The position numbers were made by a program, and so were the translations under genes. This document shows, piece by piece, positions 28,696 to 38,448 of a stretch of DNA of 64,000 nt. Source of the stretch: a virus; the IMG/VR virus record IMGVR_UViG_3300000304_000007, positions 17,651-81,650 of that record. One strand, written 5' to 3'. Below the pieces are notes generated by a model that saw only the letters and a list, made by a program, of their open reading frames with translations, was not told where the DNA came from and ran no database searches. Position 1 is the first letter of the stretch. The number at the start of each line of letters is the position of its first letter.

Positions 28696-29288
28696 CGTAC
28701 TCTGATTTTAACTTGGTTTGCTCGAAGTCCGTGATTCCGAATGAGCTTCCTTCTTATCTGCTTGAGCAGTTCCCTTGCTACTCCACTCTTTCCTCCCGCC
28801 TCAGCAAATGAAGGTGCCCAGAGGGGTCTGGCTGGTATACCATTTCCACGACCATCCCCAGCTTGAGTACCAAATTCCAGCCACCTTGCTACTTCTACCA
28901 GAGTTCCTCCACCCACTGTTCTTCGGTGATTTGAGGGCAAACCTATATATGTCTTATTCTTATACTGATAGGTACCGACAGAACGGAAGTAGAGACCTGT
29001 GAGGTAATATAGATGATGTTCTGGATATTTGTTCTTCCACTTGAGGATAGATTCATCGGATAGAGGCTGCCACCATACTCCCTTTGGAGGAGTGCCTGTT
29101 CTTATACACCTCTTCACTATGGTAAGCACTCGTTTAGAGAATACAGACACCCCCTTGTCATACCCCTCCTTGATTGATTCGGGCATACCATTTAGTAAGC
29201 CCTCAGCTTTAGTCCATTCCCCGAAGAGCTTTACATTGATCTTCGGTATCTGTGGAATGGGTATGTTAGTTTGACGTCTGTATGCCAT
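28692..29288 (-). CDS. Neck / virion morphogenesis protein (HK97 gp10-like)
   Basis: WQPLS...LYYLTG...VARWLEFGT...IPARPLW. Confidence 0.7.
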   Translation of the reverse strand: MAYRRQTNIPIPQIPKINVKLFGEWTKAEGLLNGMPESIKEGYDKGVSVFSKRVLTIVKRCIRTGTPPKGVWWQPLSDESILKWKNKYPEHHLYYLTGLYFRSVGTYQYKNKTYIGLPSNHRRTVGGGTLVEVARWLEFGTQAGDGRGNGIPARPLWAPSFAEAGGKSGVARELLKQIRRKLIRNHGLRANQVKIRVR

Positions 29289-29292
29289 AGCT

Positions 29293-29682
29293 CTAAGATT
29301 TTCCAGGCTTTCCCAGTTTGTTAGCCCATTTCTCAGTCCAGAAATGATAGTAACCCTCAGGATGTTTTTTACAGCATCCTATTGCCTCGTTGAGCCATGC
29401 ATGAACAAGGGAGCATAAGCCCACAATGGGCAAATAAAGGGGACCAAGAATTCGGGATTGTATTACATGTCCAAATTCATGTCTTACATCACATTCATCT
29501 CTGGTGTATAATATAATGTATTCCCCGAGGGTGATTCCTCCGGGGAAGTTCTTTGCATAGAAGAATCTTATGGATCCCAGCTTATGCTTTACTTCTCCTG
29601 TAATAAACAGCAGGAAAAGCAGCCCCACTAGATTCTGTGGAAGCTGCCATATCCAAAGAAGTATCTGAAGAAAGAGGTTCAT
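29293..29682 (-). CDS. Small hydrophobic HExxH protein (putative zincin)
   Basis: GITLGEYI...RHEFGHVIQS...FWTEKWAN; two hydrophobic segments. Confidence 0.65.
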   Translation of the reverse strand: MNLFLQILLWIWQLPQNLVGLLFLLFITGEVKHKLGSIRFFYAKNFPGGITLGEYIILYTRDECDVRHEFGHVIQSRILGPLYLPIVGLCSLVHAWLNEAIGCCKKHPEGYYHFWTEKWANKLGKPGKS

Positions 29683-29864
29683 CGTTTGATGTATCTTTCA
29701 CGAGCAGTAAGAAATCCCACTACCCATGATACCAATGCCCATATTCCCAAGAGAACAGACTGCCAGATTGGAGCCCATTTCCAGATACATAAGAACACTA
29801 TTACCATGGCTATGAAGTAGCCTATGATAACCCATGTAGTTGGTTTAATTGATTTGAGACCCAT
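29679..29864 (-). CDS. Small two-TM membrane protein
   Basis: Two hydrophobic helices and a basic C-terminus. Confidence 0.7.
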   Translation of the reverse strand: MGLKSIKPTTWVIIGYFIAMVIVFLCIWKWAPIWQSVLLGIWALVSWVVGFLTARERYIKR

Positions 29865-29868
29865 AAGC

Positions 29869-30492
29869 TTATGAGTTTAGAACGTAGGTAGCACCGTTGA
29901 TGTAGAGATTATTTCCGAACCCCTTTTGTACTACGAATACCCTTGCTTTGCTGTCTCCACTCTGAGCAACCTCTTTAGTGTTTTCTTCCATGTAAGCAGT
30001 GAGAGAACCTGAAGAGAAGGTTACTTTTACAGTAGAAGCAGAAGAAGGAAGGATAAGTATAGCACTATCCCCGGGATTAGAGAAATTCTGCAGAGTGACT
30101 CCGAGGGATCCTGTTCCCGAAGTTGCAGATACTACCTGCCTTGGTTGAAGATTCAATGTACCTGATCCCTCAGACTCGGCCCATTTGTAGCTGTTATTAA
30201 TTGTAGTCTGAAGGACTTTAGTGTCTCCTGCCAACTTGTTGAAAGCTGACAGGATAGTATCCTGAGCTCCGACTTCTTGGAAATCGGACCCAGCAGTAAA
30301 ACCTTTCAAGACTGTTCCGAGGACATCTGTGGTCCCAAGTTTTTCTTGAAGGTTCTTCATAAACTGGCTCGAATTGGCAAGCTTAAACAGATTGATTCTC
30401 TGGGTTGCAGATACCTGTACCCATAGAGCATCAAAGTTATTCATGCCATCCGAAGCATCCGAAAGAGATGTGATGTCGACGAATTCAGCCAT
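29869..30492 (-). CDS. Hypothetical structural (fibre-associated) protein
   Basis: Ser/Thr/Gly-rich beta-type C-terminus; DTILSAFNKL motif as seen in fibre proteins. Confidence 0.6.
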   Translation of the reverse strand: MAEFVDITSLSDASDGMNNFDALWVQVSATQRINLFKLANSSQFMKNLQEKLGTTDVLGTVLKGFTAGSDFQEVGAQDTILSAFNKLAGDTKVLQTTINNSYKWAESEGSGTLNLQPRQVVSATSGTGSLGVTLQNFSNPGDSAILILPSSASTVKVTFSSGSLTAYMEENTKEVAQSGDSKARVFVVQKGFGNNLYINGATYVLNS

Positions 30493-30520
30493 GATTTGTT
30501 TTTAGTTTGGTTTATAAGGT

Positions 30521-31120
30521 TTAATTATTTGACATAATCATTTGGCCTTCCATCCTGTAAGTAGTATTAGGAGAGAAAGTTACTCCCAGATCCAAGTTCA
30601 TAGAATAGATATTACCGTATTGAGTAGTAGCATGTGAAGGAAATTCTACCCCTGTAGTAGAATTGCTCAATATATCCAACCCACTGAGATTCCATGAGAC
30701 AGGGGAAGGATTGCAAGACTGCCAATAGAGTGAAAACTTGGTGCAGGCTGCTCCTGCAGGTGGGACATAAAGTCTGACAGACTCATATGGTATAGTATAA
30801 TTTCTACCCACAGTAATTATAGTACCGGAAGGAACTTTTTCGTTAATGATGGAATAATTCCTTGAACTGTCTTGGAGGGACATAGTGAGTCCATAACAAG
30901 TAGTATAGAAATTAGATAATATCACCACATTACTAAGAATTACAGTACAAGATGGTGATGTATCCTGAGTAAGATTAACACTCTTGGTTAATCCCGAAGA
31001 AGTCTTTACGGTAATAAATCCAGTCCTTGCAGCAGCAATATTTTCAGAAGCGGTGACCGATATGCTTTTGGATCCTGAACCTGAACTTGCACTCAAAGTG
31101 ATCCAACTTGGTTTTGCCAT
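30521..31120 (-). CDS. Fibre tip candidate starting with the C-terminal half of a BACON domain
   Basis: MAKPSWITLSASSGSGSKSISVTASENIAAARTGFITV...VNLTQ, then an unrelated beta-rich domain. Confidence 0.75.
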   Translation of the reverse strand: MAKPSWITLSASSGSGSKSISVTASENIAAARTGFITVKTSSGLTKSVNLTQDTSPSCTVILSNVVILSNFYTTCYGLTMSLQDSSRNYSIINEKVPSGTIITVGRNYTIPYESVRLYVPPAGAACTKFSLYWQSCNPSPVSWNLSGLDILSNSTTGVEFPSHATTQYGNIYSMNLDLGVTFSPNTTYRMEGQMIMSNN

Positions 31121-31154
31121 AATTCTATCCTGATTATTGATTGTTAATTTGTAT

Positions 31155-31724
31155 TTAGCTCAGAATGGTCCAAGCTTCTGTAATAAAATTGAACTGATTG
31201 ATGGGAAGTTTCCAGAGACCATTAGACCCCCAGTCATATCCCCAAGAGTTCTTGAAGTATATGTAATGATGGTCGTACCCATAAGCACAAACAGCATGAC
31301 CTCCGAGTATTTCTGGGCCCTCCCAGAAGTTATTAGAGTCAGACTTAGCAATCATTGCAATTAGAGCACCACCATTCACTAGAATGGCTTCTTTGAGTGA
31401 CGGAAGATTAGTTATTCTGGCATAGGAATGTATCTTATCCTCTTGCCTGAGAATTTCTAAGGCTTCCCTTGGCATCATTCCCTCTAAAGACTTGTCTGCC
31501 CGTCTATCGTAACAGAAGGTGGAATTAATGTCCATGTTCTTCTGTTTCATCTCCCGATAGAAAGCATAGAGTTCATAGAGAGCCTGAGATACGCAAGAAC
31601 CCTCTGCACCCTGGTCAATGACTGGAGTGAGAGGTTCCCTTAAATATTCTACTAGCTGACAGGATCCGTGAAAGATTGCATCCTTCTCGTTGTTTCCTGA
31701 AGCTATACATCCGTAAGTTCTCAT
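31155..31724 (-). CDS. Papain-like cysteine peptidase (C1 family)
   Basis: DQGAEGSC, GGHAVCAYGY, FKNSWGYDWG (Cys-His-Asn triad plus oxyanion Gln). Confidence 0.9.
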   Translation of the reverse strand: MRTYGCIASGNNEKDAIFHGSCQLVEYLREPLTPVIDQGAEGSCVSQALYELYAFYREMKQKNMDINSTFCYDRRADKSLEGMMPREALEILRQEDKIHSYARITNLPSLKEAILVNGGALIAMIAKSDSNNFWEGPEILGGHAVCAYGYDHHYIYFKNSWGYDWGSNGLWKLPINQFNFITEAWTILS

Positions 31725-32059
31725 TTATGTATTTCTCTTCGGAATCTTAAAAGCACTGTGTCTTTGTTTTCTTTCTCGGTTACCGAGATTATGAAGAGTG
31801 AGTCAGCTTTTTGGAAAGCTTCAGTATAGATGTTAGTCTTGACTGAATCGTTTCCATAGAACTGGACTGAACCCCATTCAGTATAGGACTTTAGGGTATT
31901 GAGCTGATGTTCTCGGTAAAGAGAATCAATGAGATACTGAGGTCGGCAGGTATAATATTCTCGGTAGAGATTCCTGGGACCTCCACATGAAAAAAGGGCA
32001 AGCAGCAAGAAAAGACTTGCTGCTACCCATATAAAATAAGCTTTTATGAAATTGTCCAT
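31721..32059 (-). CDS. Lipoprotein
   Basis: Hydrophobic signal ending in the lipobox LFS|C. Confidence 0.75.
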   Translation of the reverse strand: MDNFIKAYFIWVAASLFLLLALFSCGGPRNLYREYYTCRPQYLIDSLYREHQLNTLKSYTEWGSVQFYGNDSVKTNIYTEAFQKADSLFIISVTEKENKDTVLLRFRREIHK

Positions 32060-35000
32060 GATTCATTTGTATGAATGGAGATAGATTTGGTTCCTCCTGA
32101 TGCTGTGAATGACAGTGAAGTAGGGGATACGTTCAGGTAATTAGATTTACCTCCCTGACTAACTGTAACAGATTTTGAGTAAGTCTTACCGTCATGGCCA
32201 GTTCCACTGATAGTTATAGAACCAGAACGATCAGAAGTAGAGGTATTAGCTGTTACCGTTACCCACAGGACAATAGTGTTAGTAGCAACAGCAGTTACCC
32301 AACTCAAAGATTCACTTACATCGATACTAGTATCATCCTGACCCAAGGCAGCTGAAGAATTGGCAGTCATTTTTCTGGATCCTGATGAATATACATCAAA
32401 GTCCTGATATGCTTGAGTAATGTGAACATTAGTCTCTATGCTACCTGCCTCAGAGGAGAAGTTAAGAACTTTCTCAGGATATACATCTGTAATATCTCCC
32501 CACTCTCTTACATTCTCTTCTACCACATTCTCAGCCTGGTACACTACCTCTGTAGTTGCTACAGTATCCATAGTAGCAGTTACAGTAGCTGAACGTGCAC
32601 TACCTTCAATGGTAGTCCTATTTGCCCACGTCACCGTAGTTCCTGAAAGGCTTGCACCTGTACCACTGATGGACAGAGTAGGATTTCCAGACTCGTTTGT
32701 AAGAGCCGAGGTACTTGTAGCCCCTGAAGTAAAGGAGTAGTTCTGAGTTCTAGTACGACTTGCACTTGCCGTGATGGTACAGGTTCCTCCTGATGCAGGA
32801 CATGGGGAAGATTGAGAAGTATATCTATTGGCACTAACGGATACTTGCCAATTTCCATAAGATATATCTCCTGTAGTCTTGACATTTGCTTCCTGATAAA
32901 GTGTAACTGATTTAGTTACCCCACTATGAGTAGCCGTTACTGTTCCGGATCTCCTTGACCCTTCAGTAGTTCCCCTATTTGCCCAAGTGGCTGTAGTACC
33001 ACTAACGGATAATCCTGTACCACTTGCAGAAAGGGAAGGTGTTGCTGTTTCATTGCTTAGAGGTGTCTGAGAAGTTTCCCCAGAAGTATAAGAATAATTC
33101 TGAGTACGACTTCTTGAAGCACTCCTAGTGATAGTACAACTTTCGCCTCCTGCAGCAGCTTCGGTTGAAGTAGTGGTAAAATCCGAAGCACTTATTGATA
33201 CACTCCAAGATCCATAAGATATTCCTTTATCCGTACGAACATTGGCCTGCTGGTATACTGTGATAGTGGTAGTAGCACTTTGACCACCCTCTCCAGTAGC
33301 TGTAACTTTCATGGTACCAACAGAAGTACGAGCCTTCTCGGTCTTGCCCAAGGAATCAGCAGATACAGTAGAGTAAGTGAACTTTACATTACCCGCTCTC
33401 GTATGCTTTGAAGTATAGGATATTGTCTGAGAAGCAGTATATCCTGAAGCAGTAGATACTGATCCTCCTCCTGCGGGTATATCTGCAACTGAGCCAGTAC
33501 CACTTATAGTTACTCTACCATAAATTATGGAGTTAGCCTGTTGTTCTACATTCATAGTCTTAGATGCAGATTTACCATTCATAGTTATGGTACATGTAAG
33601 GGTACCCACTTTAGTCTGAGCTTTAGTAGTAGTGCCAAGATCACTGGCACTTACAGGATCACTATAGGTTACAGTAGCTCCTGATGTAGCATTACTCAAT
33701 GTAGAAGTTGCTCCAGAAGTGTAATTCTGAACCCTGCTTTGTGAATATTGCAGCGTAGAGAAACTTGATACCGTACCTCCAGATGCTGGTATCAGATTAA
33801 CAGCTGTTGTGACAAATGTAGGTATACCATAAGTGATAGAAGTGGCAGCATTTGCCTCCTGATATACAGTGGCAGTCTTTGAAGTAGCACCTTCGTAAGA
33901 AGCCGTTACCGTAGCAGACCTTCTTTCTCCCACAGTGGTTGACCTGTTTGCAGCTGTGACCGTTGTCCCATTGAGAGAGAATCCTGTACCACTGATTGAC
34001 AGAGTAGGAGTAAAAGATGAAGTAGTAGTTGCCCCTGAAGTAAAGGAGTAATTGATTACTCCACTCCGAGTTACTGTCTTAGTACCACCTTCTGCAGGGA
34101 TATCTCCTGAAGGAACAGAAACAGTGATGACTCTGCTTACCTCATTCTTAGAGTTAGCAGCCTGATAAACCATCTTAGTAGCAGAACCAGACTTGCTGTT
34201 GAGAGTTACCGTACAGGTTATTTCATCTACTTCAGTCCTTGCAGATACGGTTGTTCCCTTAGTAGCTGCAGATACTGTAGACCATTTGACGGTACCCCCA
34301 CTAGTGATAGTAGTAGGCTTTGAAGAACCTGAGGTATAAGTATCGGTCTTAGTCTGACTGTAAGAAGCAGTACCAGTAGACACTGAACCACCCTTTGCAG
34401 GGATATCTGCAACAGAAGAGATACTTACAGTAGGATTACTGTAGGTGGTTCCGGTAAGGGCATTTGCTGCCTGCTGAACCGTAACCTGCTTCTGGGTTGT
34501 CTTCCCGTTCAATGTGACCTTGACGGTCGCAGTCGTAACGGTAGTCACACCTGAAACATTCGTGCCCTTTGTTCCAGCAGTCACAGCACCATTCGATGTA
34601 GAAACTGATGTTCCAGAATAGGTAACTGTACCCCCGGAAGTAATCGTTCCCCCGCCCGTGGTAGAACCATTCCAACCCCAAGTTTGTGAATAGGAAACTG
34701 TTGGTGTGACTGTGCCACCCTTTGCAGCAATGGTAGGATAGGAGACGTTCAGGGTAATGTCTGAATAAGACTTCGCACCTGTTGCCTGTGAAACTGTAAC
34801 ATCCTTGCTTGCAGTCTTAGAACCCTCTCCAGTAGCCTTGATTGTAACAACATAACTCCTTGTGGAAGTTGTAGAATTCGCAGTGACTGTAACCTTGTTC
34901 CCACTCAATGAGAAGCCTGAAACTGCTGTTTTCTGTGTATAAGTAAGTGACACATTTCCAGCCCGTGACTTTCCAGAAGTGAATGATACCGTCTGAGAAG

Positions 35001-38000
35001 CACTTGCAGATATAGTGACGGTTCCACCTGTGGCAGCAACTGTTGCCGGATTGCTTGCATTGAGGATCACGTTACCGTAAGTTGCAGTGTTAGCCTGCTG
35101 AGTAATAGGGGTTGTAAGAGTATCAGTATCAGAATCTGATATAGTTCCCCCTCCATAAGTATCACTGATAGTAAGGGTCAGATTCAGAGTAGAAGATACA
35201 TTCCCACAACTACGGGCAGCACCTTCAGTAGTGCCTCTATCAGCTGCTGTAACAACTCCGGTTGAAGAATTGATACTGAAGCCTGTTGCTGTTACCATAG
35301 ACCAAGTTCTAGAAGAACCAATGGTATATCCAGTATAGCTTCCAGCACTTAAGCTATTTGTACCTCCTGAAGACCAAGTAATATTGGCTTTACCTGCCAG
35401 AGTAGGTGATTTAGTTCCACCTGATGCAGGAATTGCTCCAGTAGGGTAACTAAAGTTAGCAGTAGCTACCATCTTAGTAGGCACATTCTTTGCCTGATAT
35501 ACATCAAGAGATTTTGTTGCAGTCTTAGAACCCTCACCAGTTGCAGTTGCAGTCAAGGTTCCAAGTTTGGTCCTGTTCTTAATAGTAGTACCAAGATTTG
35601 AACCTGATATTGCAGTACTGTAGGTAATCTTCACTGTACCAGCTCTTGTGGACTCCGAAGTATAAGTGATTGTCTGACTTGCAGATATCCCACTCATAGA
35701 GGAAACAGAACCGCCGGATGCTGGGATATCAGAAACAGAGCCTCCTGAGATAGTAACAGCACCATAGGAAGTGATTGCATTTGCAGCCTGCTGAACAGTG
35801 AATGTCTTTGTTGCAGCCTTGTTATTAAGGGTAACCTTGACTGTAGCAGTAGTGACATTAGTTGCACTTGATACAGTAGTTCCCTTAGTGCCTGCAGTCA
35901 CAGCTCCGGTTGAAGTGTTGACTCCTGTTCCACTGAATGAAAGGGCAGCACCCGTAGTAATTGTTCCCCCATTAGTAGTGGATTCATTCCATCCCCATGT
36001 CTGAGAGTATGTAACTGTAGGAGTAACAGTTCCACCCTTTGCAGCAATGGTAGGATAAGTGAATCCAGTAATGACAGGAGTAGCATAAGACTTGACCCCG
36101 AGAGATTGATTGAATACTACATCTTTAGAAGCAGTCTTGGAACTCTCACCCGTAGCCTTGACTGTAACTGTATACCCATTCCTTGCAGAAGTTGTCTTGT
36201 TCTCTGTAACAGTGACTATATTTCCACTTAGAGAGAATCCAGTCATAGCAGCCTTCTGAGTGTAAGTCACAGATACATTTCCTGCCCTTGTTGCACCAGA
36301 AGTATACTGGATAGTCTGAGAGTAAATAGGATCTATCCTGTATTCTCCACCTCCAACATCACAAGTTATAGGCGTCTGTACAGTGAGAGATACATCACCG
36401 TACTCAGTTATTGTATTTGCAGCCTGGAATACTGCCACTTCATCCTCTGCAGAAGTCTGACCATTAAGGGTAACTGTGGCAGTAAGTATACCGACCTCTG
36501 TACGGGCTTTTGCAGTTGTTCCCAGAGATTCTGCAGATACTGGATCCCCATAAGTAATGGTTCCCCCTGTAGTATATTCTGGACCCGTTGAAGTTGCCCC
36601 GGAAGTATAATCCCAAGTAGAGAGCTGCTTATAAGTGATTGTACCAGAAGAGACTGAACCTCCAGATGCAGGGATGTCTGCAGCGGTGAAAGTAAGGATA
36701 TTAGGCTTAGCGAATACCTGAGTTCTCTCGTTGACTCCCTGAGTAACAGGGGTAGTCAAAGTAGAAGATTTAGAGTCAGTAAGTTCTCCACCCCCATAGG
36801 TATCATTTATGGTGAGTACCCATTTCAGAGTAGAAGTTACATTACCTGAAGACCTGCTTCCCAAAGTAGTACCCATAGTTGCAGCAGTTACTGCACCTGT
36901 AGAAGAGTTTATGCTGAACCCTGTTGCAGCTACCATTGAATAGGTTCTTGTACCCTGAACAGAGAATCCTGCCTTAGCTCCTGAAGTTGATTCCTCGGAA
37001 GTGGATCCTGAAGACCAAGTTATAGTAACTTTTCCGGATACTGATACATTCTTGGTGCCTCCATAAGGAGCAAGAGCTCCTGCAGCATAACTGAAGGTAG
37101 GTACTGAAGTGATTGCTGTAGGAACGTTCTTAGCCTGAGTACAGGTAGCAGTCAGAGTATCCTCAGCTGTCTTAGACCCCTTTGCATTAAAGTTAGCAGA
37201 TGGAGTCCAAGTACCTGATTTGAGTCGGCTTACTGTAGCAGAAGTACGGGCATTGCCTATGGTAGTTCCACGATGAGTAGCAGTGAGGACTCCGGTATCG
37301 GTATTTACAGCAGTGAACCCATTCTGAGACTTGGCAAGAGAGTAAGCTACTGCAGGTACTTCCCAAGTACCATAAGTAGAAGAAGGAACTACAGCACTTG
37401 ACTGACCAGAAGTATAATGGAATCTCGGAGTCATCTCTGTGACTTTCGGAGTTGCAGAAGTTGCTCCTGCACCTATTTCATCGTAAGAGAAGGAACCTCC
37501 CTCCCATTCTACTTCCTCGATATAGTTACCCTCCTGATTTATCTGAAGGTTGCCGAATACCTCTTCTCCAGTTTCTGGGGCATTCACTACAGCTGATACA
37601 ATACAAGATCTCTGATTGCCGATGTAAGTTCCTCTGTTTGCTACTGAGAGAGTAGAACCCTGAAGAGTGAATCCCTCAGAGTCTTCCAGAGTGAAGGTGG
37701 CTTCTACGGCCTTAGTATAGATTATCTCGTCCCCTATCTTTGCCTCTAGCTGAGCAGTGAGAGGAAGTTCTGCACCTGCAGCATGTACTGATGTAGAGGT
37801 AGAAGAAAGGATGAGCCTATAGTTGTATACTGCATTAGTCTGGATTACCTCAAGAGTAGCCTGAGACTGGTAAGCAGATACTACTCCAGCCGTATTGGTC
37901 TTAAATACGAGATTTTTCTGACGAGTCTGTATCTTCAGGTTTTCATCAGACCCTATATATACTGTCTGAGAACTTTCATTGGGTTTTATCCAGACGTAAA

Positions 38001-38121
38001 GGTTCTCTCCAGTACCATCATTCCAAGGGATAGTGAATTTGGTATATCCTTCCAAATTAGTTGCTCTTGGAGAGGGATTTGATGCCCTTAATACGACTCT
38101 TTTTATGGGTTTCTTAGTCAT
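32044..38121 (-). CDS. Large fibre/adhesin (2025 aa) of tandem ~100-aa Thr/Ser/Gly-rich Ig-like repeats with terminal BACON elements
   Basis: Recurrent IPAxGG...YSQ...YTSG...LGTTxKART...VYQxAN repeats; one full BACON and a half BACON at the C-terminus. Confidence 0.85.
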   Translation of the reverse strand: MTKKPIKRVVLRASNPSPRATNLEGYTKFTIPWNDGTGENLYVWIKPNESSQTVYIGSDENLKIQTRQKNLVFKTNTAGVVSAYQSQATLEVIQTNAVYNYRLILSSTSTSVHAAGAELPLTAQLEAKIGDEIIYTKAVEATFTLEDSEGFTLQGSTLSVANRGTYIGNQRSCIVSAVVNAPETGEEVFGNLQINQEGNYIEEVEWEGGSFSYDEIGAGATSATPKVTEMTPRFHYTSGQSSAVVPSSTYGTWEVPAVAYSLAKSQNGFTAVNTDTGVLTATHRGTTIGNARTSATVSRLKSGTWTPSANFNAKGSKTAEDTLTATCTQAKNVPTAITSVPTFSYAAGALAPYGGTKNVSVSGKVTITWSSGSTSEESTSGAKAGFSVQGTRTYSMVAATGFSINSSTGAVTAATMGTTLGSRSSGNVTSTLKWVLTINDTYGGGELTDSKSSTLTTPVTQGVNERTQVFAKPNILTFTAADIPASGGSVSSGTITYKQLSTWDYTSGATSTGPEYTTGGTITYGDPVSAESLGTTAKARTEVGILTATVTLNGQTSAEDEVAVFQAANTITEYGDVSLTVQTPITCDVGGGEYRIDPIYSQTIQYTSGATRAGNVSVTYTQKAAMTGFSLSGNIVTVTENKTTSARNGYTVTVKATGESSKTASKDVVFNQSLGVKSYATPVITGFTYPTIAAKGGTVTPTVTYSQTWGWNESTTNGGTITTGAALSFSGTGVNTSTGAVTAGTKGTTVSSATNVTTATVKVTLNNKAATKTFTVQQAANAITSYGAVTISGGSVSDIPASGGSVSSMSGISASQTITYTSESTRAGTVKITYSTAISGSNLGTTIKNRTKLGTLTATATGEGSKTATKSLDVYQAKNVPTKMVATANFSYPTGAIPASGGTKSPTLAGKANITWSSGGTNSLSAGSYTGYTIGSSRTWSMVTATGFSINSSTGVVTAADRGTTEGAARSCGNVSSTLNLTLTISDTYGGGTISDSDTDTLTTPITQQANTATYGNVILNASNPATVAATGGTVTISASASQTVSFTSGKSRAGNVSLTYTQKTAVSGFSLSGNKVTVTANSTTSTRSYVVTIKATGEGSKTASKDVTVSQATGAKSYSDITLNVSYPTIAAKGGTVTPTVSYSQTWGWNGSTTGGGTITSGGTVTYSGTSVSTSNGAVTAGTKGTNVSGVTTVTTATVKVTLNGKTTQKQVTVQQAANALTGTTYSNPTVSISSVADIPAKGGSVSTGTASYSQTKTDTYTSGSSKPTTITSGGTVKWSTVSAATKGTTVSARTEVDEITCTVTLNSKSGSATKMVYQAANSKNEVSRVITVSVPSGDIPAEGGTKTVTRSGVINYSFTSGATTTSSFTPTLSISGTGFSLNGTTVTAANRSTTVGERRSATVTASYEGATSKTATVYQEANAATSITYGIPTFVTTAVNLIPASGGTVSSFSTLQYSQSRVQNYTSGATSTLSNATSGATVTYSDPVSASDLGTTTKAQTKVGTLTCTITMNGKSASKTMNVEQQANSIIYGRVTISGTGSVADIPAGGGSVSTASGYTASQTISYTSKHTRAGNVKFTYSTVSADSLGKTEKARTSVGTMKVTATGEGGQSATTTITVYQQANVRTDKGISYGSWSVSISASDFTTTSTEAAAGGESCTITRSASRSRTQNYSYTSGETSQTPLSNETATPSLSASGTGLSVSGTTATWANRGTTEGSRRSGTVTATHSGVTKSVTLYQEANVKTTGDISYGNWQVSVSANRYTSQSSPCPASGGTCTITASASRTRTQNYSFTSGATSTSALTNESGNPTLSISGTGASLSGTTVTWANRTTIEGSARSATVTATMDTVATTEVVYQAENVVEENVREWGDITDVYPEKVLNFSSEAGSIETNVHITQAYQDFDVYSSGSRKMTANSSAALGQDDTSIDVSESLSWVTAVATNTIVLWVTVTANTSTSDRSGSITISGTGHDGKTYSKSVTVSQGGKSNYLNVSPTSLSFTASGGTKSISIHTNESWTIS

Positions 38122-38124
38122 ATG

Positions 38125-38448
38125 TTATATCCTTGAGTATCCAGCTTTAACATCCTCGTAAATAGAATAAGTCTGAGTGAATGTTGCTATCACCAGATTA
38201 TCAGCCTGCTGTACAATACGAAGTACAGCCTGAGCCTGAGCTCCCTCTGGAGAATTCTCATTTGGCTCAACCCCTTGAAATCTGATTACTTTGGTCCTCT
38301 CAACTCCAGTGTTGTTGAGATCAGAAGATACTGGGATGACTGTATCACCTGCAGCAATCTTCGAAAAATCTAAATAAAAAAAGTCCCGGGTCCCATCTTC
38401 CCACGGGATCGGGACATAAGTTCCGGGAGCTAAGGATGATCCAGGCAT
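38125..38448 (-). CDS. Small fibre-cluster protein with a half-BACON-like IPWxDG module
   Basis: IPWEDGT...VSSDLNNTGVERTKVIRF...LRIVQQA, paralogous to the N-terminus of 32044..38121 (IPWNDGT...GSDEN...RQKNLVF...LEVIQ). Confidence 0.7.
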   Translation of the reverse strand: MPGSSLAPGTYVPIPWEDGTRDFFYLDFSKIAAGDTVIPVSSDLNNTGVERTKVIRFQGVEPNENSPEGAQAQAVLRIVQQADNLVIATFTQTYSIYEDVKAGYSRI

